46,300 nucleotides of DNA from Zetaproteobacteria bacterium (GTDB taxonomy: Bacteria; Bdellovibrionota_B; Oligoflexia; Oligoflexales; Bog-1112): assembly GCA_028817975.1 (NCBI GenBank), contig JAPPOJ010000070.1:1-46300 (forward strand). Reading direction: 5' to 3'. Positions 28,797 through 37,747 of this stretch are shown here, one piece after another. A program made the position numbers and the translations under genes. The stretch's first letter is position 1. Each line of letters begins with the position of its first letter. Below the pieces are notes generated by a model. The model searched no databases, was not told where the DNA came from, and worked only from the letters and a program-made list of their open reading frames with translations.

Positions 28797-30213
28797 TTGG
28801 CAGCAGTATATTGAAACTTTTGCAACGCGTGGATTGCACCCCTTAGTGGGGGAGAAGGTACGCGAGAGCCCAGCTCCTCAGGCACACCAGTGGTTTACTG
28901 ACAGCCGTCAGCCCATTTCTGGAGGTTGGTTTGTGCCCTTGAAAGGGGAGAGCTTTGACGGGCATGGCTTTTTAAGTCAGGTCATGGATTTACCTGATTG
29001 TGGTGGAGCGTTGTGTGCGCATGCTTACGTGTCGCAGCTTCCGCTTGAATTTCAGCAACGTTGCATTGCCGTACAGGATCCTTTGTGTGCGTACCAAGCC
29101 GTTGCTGGGCTGGTCCGCCAGACAGATGCTGAAGCGTTGAGACTCATCGCTCTCACAGGTTCTGTTGGGAAGACAACAACGAAAGAAATGATTCGTTCCA
29201 TTTTAAGTGTGAGTCATGGCGAGCAGTATGTTTTGGCTACAGAGAAAAACTATAACAACGATATTGGAGTGGCTCATTTACTGTTGTCCCGTCGCGAGCA
29301 GCATTCTGTTGGGGTTGTGGAGATGGGGGCTCGTCATGTGGGTGATATTGCGCGCCTCGTCAAGTTTGTATGTCCTCAAGTGGCGATGGTGTTAAATGCA
29401 CGGGATGCGCATTTAGAAATATTTGGTACTTTAGAAAACTTGCGCAACACGAAAGCGGAAATTTTGGGCGAGTATTCAAGTGCTTCTCACTGTGTTGTTC
29501 CTGCAGCAGACCCTTTTTTGGTGGAAAAAGCTGTTTTGTCGGGCAAAAAGATGCTTACCTTTGGTGCGGTGGAGGGAGCGGATGTTTTTACCTCCCACTT
29601 GTATGCGGATCCAAATAAGCATTGCATACGTTTTGATTTAGAGTGTGCTCAAGGTGCCGCGCAGGTTTGTCTGCAAACACTAAATCATGCATTTGTGGAC
29701 AATGCAGCAGCGGCGGCGGCGGCCTGTCTTGCGCTAGGAATTAGCCTCGATAGGATTGTGCAGGGTTTGGAGCGCTTTCAGCCTTTGAGTGGCCGTTTTA
29801 ATATTAGAGAACTGCAAGGCCTCACCCTGGTGGATGACTGTTATAATGCGAATGCGCTGAGCATGATTGCAGGACTCTCTTCCCTGCGGCTCTCCTATCC
29901 AGGGAAAAAGTTAGCTCTTTTTTTGGGCTCTATGGGCGAATTGGGAGATTTGTCCGAAGAGAAACACAAAGAAGTCGGTAAATATGTGGCTACACGGGTT
30001 CATCCAGAAGTACTGGTCGCAGTAGGCGAAGAGGCAGCATGGATTGCGGAAGCTGCTCTAGCACAAGGGATGACCCACGAGCAGGTGATTCATGTAAGCA
30101 CGACTGAAGAAGCTCAAGATATTTTTGCGCACCTTTCTAGCCGTGTAGAAGTGGCTTTCTTCAAGGCATCGCGCTTTATTCAGTTGGAGCGTGTATTTCG
30201 TTCGTTTGTTTGA
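28789..30213 (+). CDS. murF: UDP-N-acetylmuramoyl-tripeptide--D-alanyl-D-alanine ligase
   Basis: LTGSVGKTTTKEM P-loop. Mur ligase architecture. 8-nt overlap with murE. Confidence 0.92.
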   Translation: MLNWQQYIETFATRGLHPLVGEKVRESPAPQAHQWFTDSRQPISGGWFVPLKGESFDGHGFLSQVMDLPDCGGALCAHAYVSQLPLEFQQRCIAVQDPLCAYQAVAGLVRQTDAEALRLIALTGSVGKTTTKEMIRSILSVSHGEQYVLATEKNYNNDIGVAHLLLSRREQHSVGVVEMGARHVGDIARLVKFVCPQVAMVLNARDAHLEIFGTLENLRNTKAEILGEYSSASHCVVPAADPFLVEKAVLSGKKMLTFGAVEGADVFTSHLYADPNKHCIRFDLECAQGAAQVCLQTLNHAFVDNAAAAAAACLALGISLDRIVQGLERFQPLSGRFNIRELQGLTLVDDCYNANALSMIAGLSSLRLSYPGKKLALFLGSMGELGDLSEEKHKEVGKYVATRVHPEVLVAVGEEAAWIAEAALAQGMTHEQVIHVSTTEEAQDIFAHLSSRVEVAFFKASRFIQLERVFRSFV

Positions 30214-30216
30214 TGT

Positions 30217-31314
30217 TTGAGTTTTTGGAGAGATATTTTGCTGTATTGGTTGTTATATGGGTTTGTAGATCAAGTCGGTGCACTAAATGTTACGCGTTAT
30301 CTGACTTTCCGTATGATTGTGGCGTTGCTTTCGGCTTTGGTGATTTCCTTTCTATTATCCCCCTGGTTTATACGTAAGCTAAAAACGAAGCAGATGGGAC
30401 AAGTGGTACGGGATGAGGGGCCTAAATCACATTTTTCAAAAGCAGGAACCCCTACGATGGGAGGTGGGCTTATTCTTTTTGCGGTGGCTTTGCCGACACT
30501 GCTATGGATGGACTTATTCAACCCCTATGTATGGCTTTCTCTGGCGATCTTTACAGGTTATGGATTTTTAGGTTTTGTAGATGACTATAAAAAAATCACT
30601 CAGAAGAATACTGCAGGTGTACGCGGTAAGCAAAAGATGGTGATTCAAGTGTGCTTAGCTGTCGTTGTAGTGGCGTATGCTTTGGCTCAGGGCTGGATTG
30701 ATGGTGTGATTCATATGCCTTTTTTTAAACACATGGTGTTTTCTTTGGGATGGGGCTATGTGGTCTTTGCAGCCTTTGTGATTGTGGGGGCTTCCAATGC
30801 GGTGAATTTGACTGATGGCTTGGATGGCTTAGCGATTGGCCCGGTGATGATTGCAGCCTCTTGCTACGCGGCGTTGGCTTATATCACCGGCCATAAGGAA
30901 ATAAGCCAGTACTTACAGTTTCCTTTTGTGCTGGGAGTTGGTGAACTGAGTATTTTTGCTGCGGCTATTTTTGGCGCAAGCATGGGTTTTTTATGGTACA
31001 ACGCCTACCCAGCTCAAGTTTTTATGGGAGATATTGGTTCTTTGCCCTTGGGTGGAGCTTTAGGTGCACTTGCAGTGTTTTCTAAACATGAGCTTTTGTT
31101 GGCTATTATTGGAGGGGTGTTTGTACTGGAAGCGGTGAGTGTGATCACTCAGGTCTTATCGTTTAAGTTGACTGGAAAGCGTGTGTTTCGGATGGCCCCT
31201 ATCCATCATCACTTTGAGCTTAAGGGGTGGGCGGAGCCAAAGGTCATTGTGCGATTTTGGATTATTTCGGTAGTTTTGGCCTTAATAGGTTTATTGAGCT
31301 TAAAGGTGCGTTGA
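30217..31314 (+). CDS. mraY: Phospho-N-acetylmuramoyl-pentapeptide transferase
   Basis: Motifs YLTFR, GTPTMGG, NAVNLTDGLDGLA, MGDIGSLPLGG, PIHHHFE. Confidence 0.95.
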   Translation: MSFWRDILLYWLLYGFVDQVGALNVTRYLTFRMIVALLSALVISFLLSPWFIRKLKTKQMGQVVRDEGPKSHFSKAGTPTMGGGLILFAVALPTLLWMDLFNPYVWLSLAIFTGYGFLGFVDDYKKITQKNTAGVRGKQKMVIQVCLAVVVVAYALAQGWIDGVIHMPFFKHMVFSLGWGYVVFAAFVIVGASNAVNLTDGLDGLAIGPVMIAASCYAALAYITGHKEISQYLQFPFVLGVGELSIFAAAIFGASMGFLWYNAYPAQVFMGDIGSLPLGGALGALAVFSKHELLLAIIGGVFVLEAVSVITQVLSFKLTGKRVFRMAPIHHHFELKGWAEPKVIVRFWIISVVLALIGLLSLKVR

Positions 31315-32666
31315 TGCGTGCACAGCAAAAGTATTATTTAGTTTTGGGTGTGGGGCGTTCGGGCTGCGCAGCAGCAGCTTTGTTGCTGCAACGAGGCCAA
31401 CGTGTTGCGTTGTGTGATGATCAGGTGTCTTTTGACGAGGCAGTCATGGCTCGTCTGCGGCAGAGAATTGCCCAACTCAGCGGTCTTGGTGTCGTAGAGC
31501 TGGACTTTGCGGGGGCTGCTGTTGAAGTGAGCGACTATGATGTGCTCGTGCTAAGTCCTGGGGTTGCTTTAAGCCACCCTCTGGTGCGGGCTGCGCAACA
31601 AGCAGGAGTTTTGCAGACAAGTGAGTTGGAAATTGCCTTGCAAGGGTATGGTGGTCGTGTGGTAGCGATTACGGGGACGAATGGCAAGTCGACAACTGTC
31701 TCGATGGTTGCTCATATTCTTTCCAAACAGCAGAGCCCTTGTTCTTTGGGAGGCAACTTGGGTACTCCAGTTGCTGAGTTGGTGTGTCAACGTAAGCTGG
31801 CAGCTTTGCTCATCTTGGAGGTTTCGTCCTATCAGCTGGAGCATTCCCCTAGGCTTTCGGCCCAAATTACTGTTTTTTTGAACTTTGCCACAGACCATTT
31901 GGAGAGGCATGGGAGCTTGCGCGCGTATTTTCTGGCCAAGTGGCAGCTCGTGTCAAATACACCTTCTGGGGGAGTAGCTTTGATTGCCAGGGAAGTAGCG
32001 GAGGCTGCAGAACGCTTTTTGGGGGCGGGAGCTGTGGCTCCTTCTGTATGTATTGTGAATGAGACAACGGCCGAGTCTTCAACTTTGGGACAACGGGCAG
32101 CCCAGCGTTTGCCCCATAACCATCGGAACGCGCTTTTTGCAGTCCATGCGGTGAAAGCCTTGGGGGTCCCTATGAGCCTTGTAGAGTTAGCCGACTCTTT
32201 GTGCGACTTTCGCGGGCTTGAACACCGCTTCGAAGTGGTCATGTCCCGATTGGGTGGAGGAGAAATCATTAATGATAGCAAAGCCACTAATTTTGCCTCT
32301 ACGCGTACCAGCTTAGCTTGTTTGACGCAACCAGTGATTTTGCTCCTAGGTGGGGCAAAAAAAGCTGGAGATGAGTGTACTTTGACTGCTGCAGAGAAGG
32401 AGCGAGTTTGTGCCGTGTTGTACTTTGGCGCCTCTGGTCAAGATCTATGTGCTGAAATGGCATTGACAGAGATCTATACGCGCATATTTCCTTCTTTAAC
32501 AGCCTTGATGGCTAGCCTGGTTTATGAGGCAAGTGCTTTTCCGGGAGCGGACATTCTGTTTTCCCCAGGCTGTGCCAGCTTTGATGAATTTCAAAACTTT
32601 GAAGATCGTGGGAATGCCTTTAAACGTATGGTGAAGCAGGTAATTGAAGAAGAAAGTCCTTCTTAA
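31314..32666 (+). CDS. murD: UDP-N-acetylmuramoylalanine--D-glutamate ligase (the ORF track starts at 31227; ATG 31314 overlaps the mraY stop by 1 nt)
   Basis: N-terminal VLGVGRSGCAAA Rossmann-like motif, ITGTNGKSTT P-loop, NDSKATN. Confidence 0.93.
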   Translation: MRAQQKYYLVLGVGRSGCAAAALLLQRGQRVALCDDQVSFDEAVMARLRQRIAQLSGLGVVELDFAGAAVEVSDYDVLVLSPGVALSHPLVRAAQQAGVLQTSELEIALQGYGGRVVAITGTNGKSTTVSMVAHILSKQQSPCSLGGNLGTPVAELVCQRKLAALLILEVSSYQLEHSPRLSAQITVFLNFATDHLERHGSLRAYFLAKWQLVSNTPSGGVALIAREVAEAAERFLGAGAVAPSVCIVNETTAESSTLGQRAAQRLPHNHRNALFAVHAVKALGVPMSLVELADSLCDFRGLEHRFEVVMSRLGGGEIINDSKATNFASTRTSLACLTQPVILLLGGAKKAGDECTLTAAEKERVCAVLYFGASGQDLCAEMALTEIYTRIFPSLTALMASLVYEASAFPGADILFSPGCASFDEFQNFEDRGNAFKRMVKQVIEEESPS

Positions 32667-32744
32667 ATTTTTTATTTCCTTCAATGTTTCAACAGCAATC
32701 TAACTTTATCGATCCGTCATTACTTTGCATGCCTCTCATCCTTC

Positions 32745-32771
32745 TGTAGTGCTTTGGCTTTGTAGTGCTTT
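32745..32771 (+). repeat. Direct repeat TGTAGTGCTTT x2 (16-nt register) upstream of the orphan lipoprotein gene
   Basis: Copies at 32745-32755 and 32761-32771, read directly. Followed by the small inverted repeat TTAAC-tttgc-GTTAA. Confidence 0.4.
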
Positions 32772-32851
32772 TTAACTTTGCGTTAAGAAAGAGAGCTTTT
32801 GCACCGAGTTCCGACTTGTTTTCGCGTTAGAGGACAGAGAAGGAGGTCCAT

Positions 32852-34363
32852 GTGCGTTCGAGTCATCAAATTCAAGCAATTTTTGGGGAGACAGCTACTT
32901 TTTTGAAGCAAAAAGGGGTGTGGCTACTTGCTCTCGCGTTTTTCTCTTGTAAACCGCAACAACATGCGGAGGATACACCTTCTGTCGCAGAGGATACTCC
33001 TGCAGAGGCTGCACAAGAAACTCTGACGGACGGTGGGTTTAACCTCGCGGAGGCGGTTACAGCAATTTCTACTTGGCACGATTTGGCTGAGGGCGGAGAG
33101 AGCCCAACAAACGCACAGTGGGGCTACTGGTCGGAATTGTCCCAAGGTACGAATCAGTCGCTTAAAAGCGACTTTACGGAGAGTGTTTTGGGCAGTGCTT
33201 CCGAAACGGCAGGTCAGCATGGCAACCGTGCTTACATTGAAAGTCTTGCGAGTGTAGGGGATACGAAAGTGACAGATGTGGCGATGACAGGATTTCTGCG
33301 TGGGGTCATTGCTTCTGGACGTGCGGACCTCTTGGAAACGATGTTAGATGCTTTTGGTTCTGGTATTCTTACTGAAAAAGCTCTTGCGACAACAGGGTTG
33401 ATGAATCAAGGTGTCCGGCAAGAGAATAACCGCCCAGGGTTTTGGGCACCGAGTGCTTCATTTGCAAAAACGAGAGAGATTTTACAAAATCGTGTTCCGG
33501 AGGCACATCGAGCTTTGCTAGAAGCTACTAGCTCGGACCTAGAGCTGCTACAAATGCATAAAAATTTGCGTGTCTCTAAACTTGAGAACGACTATTGGCC
33601 TGATTTGGAAGTTAGCTCGGGCAGTAGTTATGGCTCCTTTGCGAAGTCGATGACTTCGGAAGCGAGTGAGTTGGATTTAGATGCCCAAGCTAAAATATTT
33701 ACGCAGGCAGAGCTATCTAATTTTAAAGTGGGTGCAAATGCTGCGGGCAAGCCGGTCTTTGTGAGCACGGGGGAAATAGTATCCCAACGCCCGGTAACAG
33801 AGGGCGCCAAAGATTTGCGTGGTGCAGTCGAGTGGATGTATGTGATGCACGAAGACGGTGCGATTTATGTGACCAATCGAGATGCAACCGCAGGGGTTTA
33901 CCACTCGGCTTTGGCTGCGGGAAAGAATCCGGTTGCAGCGGGGACATTTAAATTTGATCTTAGCGGCAATCTTGTGGAAGTCACGGAGGAATCGGGGCAC
34001 TTTAAATTTCGAGGGCATCTTCCTCTGGTGAAGCATGAATTAGAGAAGGTTGGGGTGCAAACGCAAGCGGCGAAGTTCCAAGATTCTTCCTTTGAGCGTT
34101 ACCCCTTAGCGAAACGCATTGGCGCCCGTTTGGCAGCGAAAAAAGATCAAATCGACTTAATTAACAAATTAAACGCAGACTTGGCAAAGAAGCGAGCGCA
34201 ACGCGAGGCCGCTCAGGCGGAGCGGCAAAAGTCACAACAGCTTGAAGTAAACAAGGAGGAGGTCGTTGCGGAGGCGTCCAAGCCGCTTCCGGAGGATGGA
34301 GTGACACCCTCTAAATGGAAGAAGTTTAAAACAAAGTTAAAGTCGAAGTTTCGTGGCCGTTAG
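32852..34363 (+). CDS. Hypothetical protein, probably a lipoprotein, with a conserved YV...YHS..AAG...AAG....SGHF module and a Lys-rich coiled-coil tail
   Basis: Strong GAAGGAGG Shine-Dalgarno 5 nt before the GTG at 32852. An alternative TTG at 32903 would give MKQKGVWLLALAFFSC, a textbook lipoprotein signal. No family recognised for residues 40-320. Confidence 0.75.
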   Translation: MRSSHQIQAIFGETATFLKQKGVWLLALAFFSCKPQQHAEDTPSVAEDTPAEAAQETLTDGGFNLAEAVTAISTWHDLAEGGESPTNAQWGYWSELSQGTNQSLKSDFTESVLGSASETAGQHGNRAYIESLASVGDTKVTDVAMTGFLRGVIASGRADLLETMLDAFGSGILTEKALATTGLMNQGVRQENNRPGFWAPSASFAKTREILQNRVPEAHRALLEATSSDLELLQMHKNLRVSKLENDYWPDLEVSSGSSYGSFAKSMTSEASELDLDAQAKIFTQAELSNFKVGANAAGKPVFVSTGEIVSQRPVTEGAKDLRGAVEWMYVMHEDGAIYVTNRDATAGVYHSALAAGKNPVAAGTFKFDLSGNLVEVTEESGHFKFRGHLPLVKHELEKVGVQTQAAKFQDSSFERYPLAKRIGARLAAKKDQIDLINKLNADLAKKRAQREAAQAERQKSQQLEVNKEEVVAEASKPLPEDGVTPSKWKKFKTKLKSKFRGR

Positions 34364-34399
34364 GGGTTACTATGGCTAGCAGTTGCAGCTTAGACAAAG

Positions 34400-34921
34400 C
34401 TAAGATAATCTAAGCAGCGAGTTGCAACCGTCATGACGATCCTGACAGGAAAAAGTACGAACCCTGTGATCGTGGCACGGTGTGGCCGGTATCCCTACAG
34501 TGCTGTGGGTAGGAGTCATGTGATTTCGTACATGTCCTGTATAAGGAGCCGCCACATTATGGATGTGGTCCCTCCGCTTGTAAGTCACATAGCACTGACC
34601 AAATAGACCGCTTTGGCGATAATCACAAGGTAAGAACGAGTCTTTTGCGTGTTGCGTGGGGAGGTGACATACCAAGTCACGATCATCCCGGAGATCTTTT
34701 TCTATAAGTTCCTTCTGGCGAGCCCACCTGTTGGAAGCTTTTCCTTTGTAAGCGTGGCACTTTTTATCGAATATGGCATGCAGCCCTCTTTTTTGTGGGC
34801 AGCTGAGTTATGGACAGTGGGCCTTTGCAGCTTTTTTCAGGGCTATTTTTGGAGATGAATAGATGCAAGGTTCTCGATGACGAGTGTTTCCTCCTGGAAA
34901 TCCCCACAGATTGTGATACAT
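34400..34921 (-). pseudogene. Cys/His-rich reading frame interrupted by one in-frame TAA (34808-34810). Either a decayed gene or non-coding.
   Basis: Hand translation of the minus strand from the ATG at 34921: MYHNLWGFPGGNTRHREPCIYSSPKIALKKAAKAHCP, stop, then LSCPQKRGLHAIFDKKCHAYKGK..., joining the listed 34400..34675 ORF in the same frame. No family recognised, and the composition is atypical for real proteins. Confidence 0.2.
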
Positions 34922-34988
34922 TTCCACTTTCAGGCATATGTAAGCGGATCATTTGTGTTTTGATTGGGTAGAGTAAAGGTAATTTAAG

Positions 34989-36536
34989 ATGGCTAAAAAC
35001 CATATTCCAGTGAATTGGGAAGATGAAGAAATGGGTGAAGCATCCACTCCTGTTGTGGAAGATGCTTTTGCGAAGATGTTAGAGTCTTCTGCGGAAGAAT
35101 TAGAACGTGCTGAGGAAATGAGATCACAATCCCTCCAGGTTGGCGCAGAAGTGCGTGGTGTTGTGAGCTATAAGCCTGCAGTTGTGGGCGATATCCTGTT
35201 GGACTTAGGTGGTAAAAGCGTAGGCATTTTGCCTCAGGATGCTTTATCTGAAGACTTAAGGAGTACCCTAAAGGTAGGTGATGTCCTTCAGGCTTATGTA
35301 CAGTCGGTTACAAGTGGAGAAGTCGTCTTGTCCACATCCTTAACTGCAAGCCAGGCAGGAAAGCAGGCACTGGAAACAGCCTATGCTGCCAAGCTCCCGG
35401 TAAAAGGTCGGGTCGTTAAGGTCAACAAGGGTGGTTTTGAAGTTGAGCTGATGGGTGGGGGAAAACGTAGTGCCTTTTGCCCGATTTCTCAAATCTCGAA
35501 TCAATATACCAAAGACCCGACGACACATTTGAATCGTGAGTACACCTTTTTGATTACCAAACTTGCTGTGCGCGACTGCGTTGTTTCTCGTCGTGAACTC
35601 ATGGAGAAGGAAGCGCGTGCACGCTTAGAAGAACTGACGAAAATTGCAGCGGATGAGTCCCATGTGATCCGGGCGCGCGTTACGGAAATTCTACCTGCTG
35701 GAGTCGTCGTTGATTTGGGCTCGTATCAATCAGGCTTTATTCATATTTCGGAGCTAAGTCACGGACATTTGGAAAGCCCAGAGTCTGTCGTGCAGCCTGG
35801 AGAGATGGTACAGGCAAAGATTTTGCAGGTGGATAGGCAGCACCCTAAAGGCCCCCGTGTGAGTTTGAGTGTGAAGGCGGTGCTCGGAGATCCATGGGAA
35901 CGTGAACAGCTGTTGGAGCAGTATCCTGTGGAGTCTTCGCATCAAGGGCATGTGACGCGTTTGACACCGTTTGGTGCTTTTGTCAGCTTAGAGCCGGGAA
36001 TCGAAGGGTTGGTCCATATTTCTGAAATGTCTTGGACCAAAAGAATTAGTCACCCGAAAGAGCTTCTGCAGGCAGGACAAAAAGTCCAAGTACGTGTGTG
36101 TGGAGTAGATACGGTGGCGAAAAAGATGTCTTTGTCTTTAAAAGATCTTTCTGAGGACCCTTGGGCAGGTGTAGCAGAAGAATTCGCTGTGGACACCCTG
36201 ATAGAAGCTCCTGTGGTGCGTTTAGAAGGGTTTGGTGCTTTTGTGGCTCTTAAGTCGGGTGTCGAAGGCTTGTTGCCTGCGCGGACCTTGAGAATTGGAT
36301 TTGGAGAGTCTTTTCGTAAGAAAGCAGCTCCAGGTGCTTCGTTGAAGGTGAAGGTTATTGCTTGCAACCCTGATGACAAAAAGATTCTTTTGGGCTTGGC
36401 AGATTTGGATCATGTTGAAGAAGCGGAAAAAGCGTATGCAGAATACTTATGCGTGCAGGAAAAAGCACAACGAGAGAAAGACACACGTACATCAGGTACC
36501 TTTGGGGATCTTTTGCGTCAGAAGATGAAGCGCTGA
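34989..36536 (+). CDS. rpsA: 30S ribosomal protein S1-like protein (multiple S1 RNA-binding domains, acidic N-terminus)
   Basis: Repeated S1 motifs: VGAEVRGVV, VKGRVVKVNKGGFEVEL, IRARVTEILPAGVVVDLG, HQGHVTRLTPFGAFVSLEPGIEGLVHISEMS, IEAPVVRLEGFGAFVALKSGVEGLLP. Confidence 0.8.
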   Translation: MAKNHIPVNWEDEEMGEASTPVVEDAFAKMLESSAEELERAEEMRSQSLQVGAEVRGVVSYKPAVVGDILLDLGGKSVGILPQDALSEDLRSTLKVGDVLQAYVQSVTSGEVVLSTSLTASQAGKQALETAYAAKLPVKGRVVKVNKGGFEVELMGGGKRSAFCPISQISNQYTKDPTTHLNREYTFLITKLAVRDCVVSRRELMEKEARARLEELTKIAADESHVIRARVTEILPAGVVVDLGSYQSGFIHISELSHGHLESPESVVQPGEMVQAKILQVDRQHPKGPRVSLSVKAVLGDPWEREQLLEQYPVESSHQGHVTRLTPFGAFVSLEPGIEGLVHISEMSWTKRISHPKELLQAGQKVQVRVCGVDTVAKKMSLSLKDLSEDPWAGVAEEFAVDTLIEAPVVRLEGFGAFVALKSGVEGLLPARTLRIGFGESFRKKAAPGASLKVKVIACNPDDKKILLGLADLDHVEEAEKAYAEYLCVQEKAQREKDTRTSGTFGDLLRQKMKR

Positions 36537-36671
36537 TTTTTGTTGCTACGGAGGAGAGCAACATGGGCCTTAAACGGGGCTTGTAGCAGCTGTTGTTGGA
36601 AAAAAAATGAGTATTCGTTAAATTAGAGACACTCCTTGGCCTCATTTTGTTGCCAATATCATTTTCTTCTC

Positions 36672-36689
36672 TTGCAAAAGTTGCAAAAG
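36672..36689 (+). repeat. Perfect tandem duplication TTGCAAAAG-TTGCAAAAG upstream of the atp operon
   Basis: Read directly. Each unit carries a -35-like TTGCAA. Confidence 0.5.
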
Positions 36690-36756
36690 CCTTTAGTTTG
36701 TGGTTTCTTACAGTTATGGTGTGTGCATTGTCAACGTGTTAAACAAAGGTTAGCGG

Positions 36757-37194
36757 ATGGCGCAGCTTGATTTAGTTCCGAATCCTACGATCGTTATGGC
36801 CCAGTTAGGTATATTTTCTGCTGCCCTTGTAGTGGTGAATAAACTGTATGTGGCGCCTTACTTGAAATTACGCTCGGCGCGTGAGAGCCGGACCGAGGGG
36901 CGTGATGCGAATGTTAAGTCTCTTACGCAAGCGCGACAAGAAAAGGCAGAGTATTTGCAGCAGGCGATGAAACACGCCTACCAAGAAATTGCGTTGGAAA
37001 AGCAAAAGCTGCATCGTCAGGCTGTTTTGGATCAAGATGAGATCGTCAAAAAGGCTCGTGAAGAGAGTGCAGCTCATTTTGAACAGCGGCGAGTAGCCAT
37101 TCAGAGTCAGTTTGAACAGGCGCGGCAAGACGCTCGTACAAAAGTGCCCGAGTTAGTAGACAGCCTATATCGTAGGCTGATCAATCCTCACTGA
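36757..37194 (+). CDS. F0F1 ATP synthase stator subunit b-prime-like
   Basis: One N-terminal TM segment (IVMAQLGIFSAALVVV) followed by a long charged helix. First of two b-type genes ahead of atpH. Confidence 0.75.
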   Translation: MAQLDLVPNPTIVMAQLGIFSAALVVVNKLYVAPYLKLRSARESRTEGRDANVKSLTQARQEKAEYLQQAMKHAYQEIALEKQKLHRQAVLDQDEIVKKAREESAAHFEQRRVAIQSQFEQARQDARTKVPELVDSLYRRLINPH

Positions 37195-37206
37195 GTAAGG
37201 GAAAGG

Positions 37207-37734
37207 ATGAGAATGATGGATCAGAGCCTGGAGGGTATGCAACTTGTTGTATACCCCTACATTAATTTTTTCATCTTTTTGGCTGTATTGATATACTTTG
37301 CTCGCAAACCCTTGCGAGCAGTCATGGAGCAACGTAAGGTGGAATTTCAGCAACGGCGCCAAGAAGCCGAAGTCGCGGAACAAAAAGCTCAAGCTCTTAC
37401 AGCTGAGTTAGAAGAACAGCTTTCGGGACTTACCGAGCGTATTGCAACCCTCAAGCAAGAGGCGAAGGTCTCAGCTGAAGCGGAAGCCTCTCGTATTATT
37501 GAGGAAGGCAAAAGCCATGCAGCTTTGCTTGTGGCAGAAGCTGAAAGAGAAGTTCGGGGTATGTTGCTAGATTGTGAGCGCACCCTTAAAGCTGAAATTT
37601 TGCAGTCTGTACGTGAGGAAGCGACGCGTAAGCTGCAAGATGAGATGAGCGCCTCAGGTCACCAAGAATTGGTTCAGGCAAATATTGTTTCTTTAAAAAA
37701 TAGCGGTGCCTTGAAAAAAGCAGCCGAAGCTTAG
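37207..37734 (+). CDS. atpF: F0F1 ATP synthase subunit b (start ambiguous among the ATGs at 37207, 37213 and 37216)
   Basis: TM segment INFFIFLAVLIYFARKPL followed by a long Ala/Glu-rich helix. Confidence 0.8.
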   Translation: MRMMDQSLEGMQLVVYPYINFFIFLAVLIYFARKPLRAVMEQRKVEFQQRRQEAEVAEQKAQALTAELEEQLSGLTERIATLKQEAKVSAEAEASRIIEEGKSHAALLVAEAEREVRGMLLDCERTLKAEILQSVREEATRKLQDEMSASGHQELVQANIVSLKNSGALKKAAEA

Positions 37735-37747
37735 TAAGGAGCCCAAA

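Noticed and set aside
34850-34921. NUDIX-like appearance of LWGFPGG in the interrupted minus-strand frame
   Set aside because: The residues that follow do not give the Nudix box (E.GE....A..RE..EE.G) in any frame that I translated.
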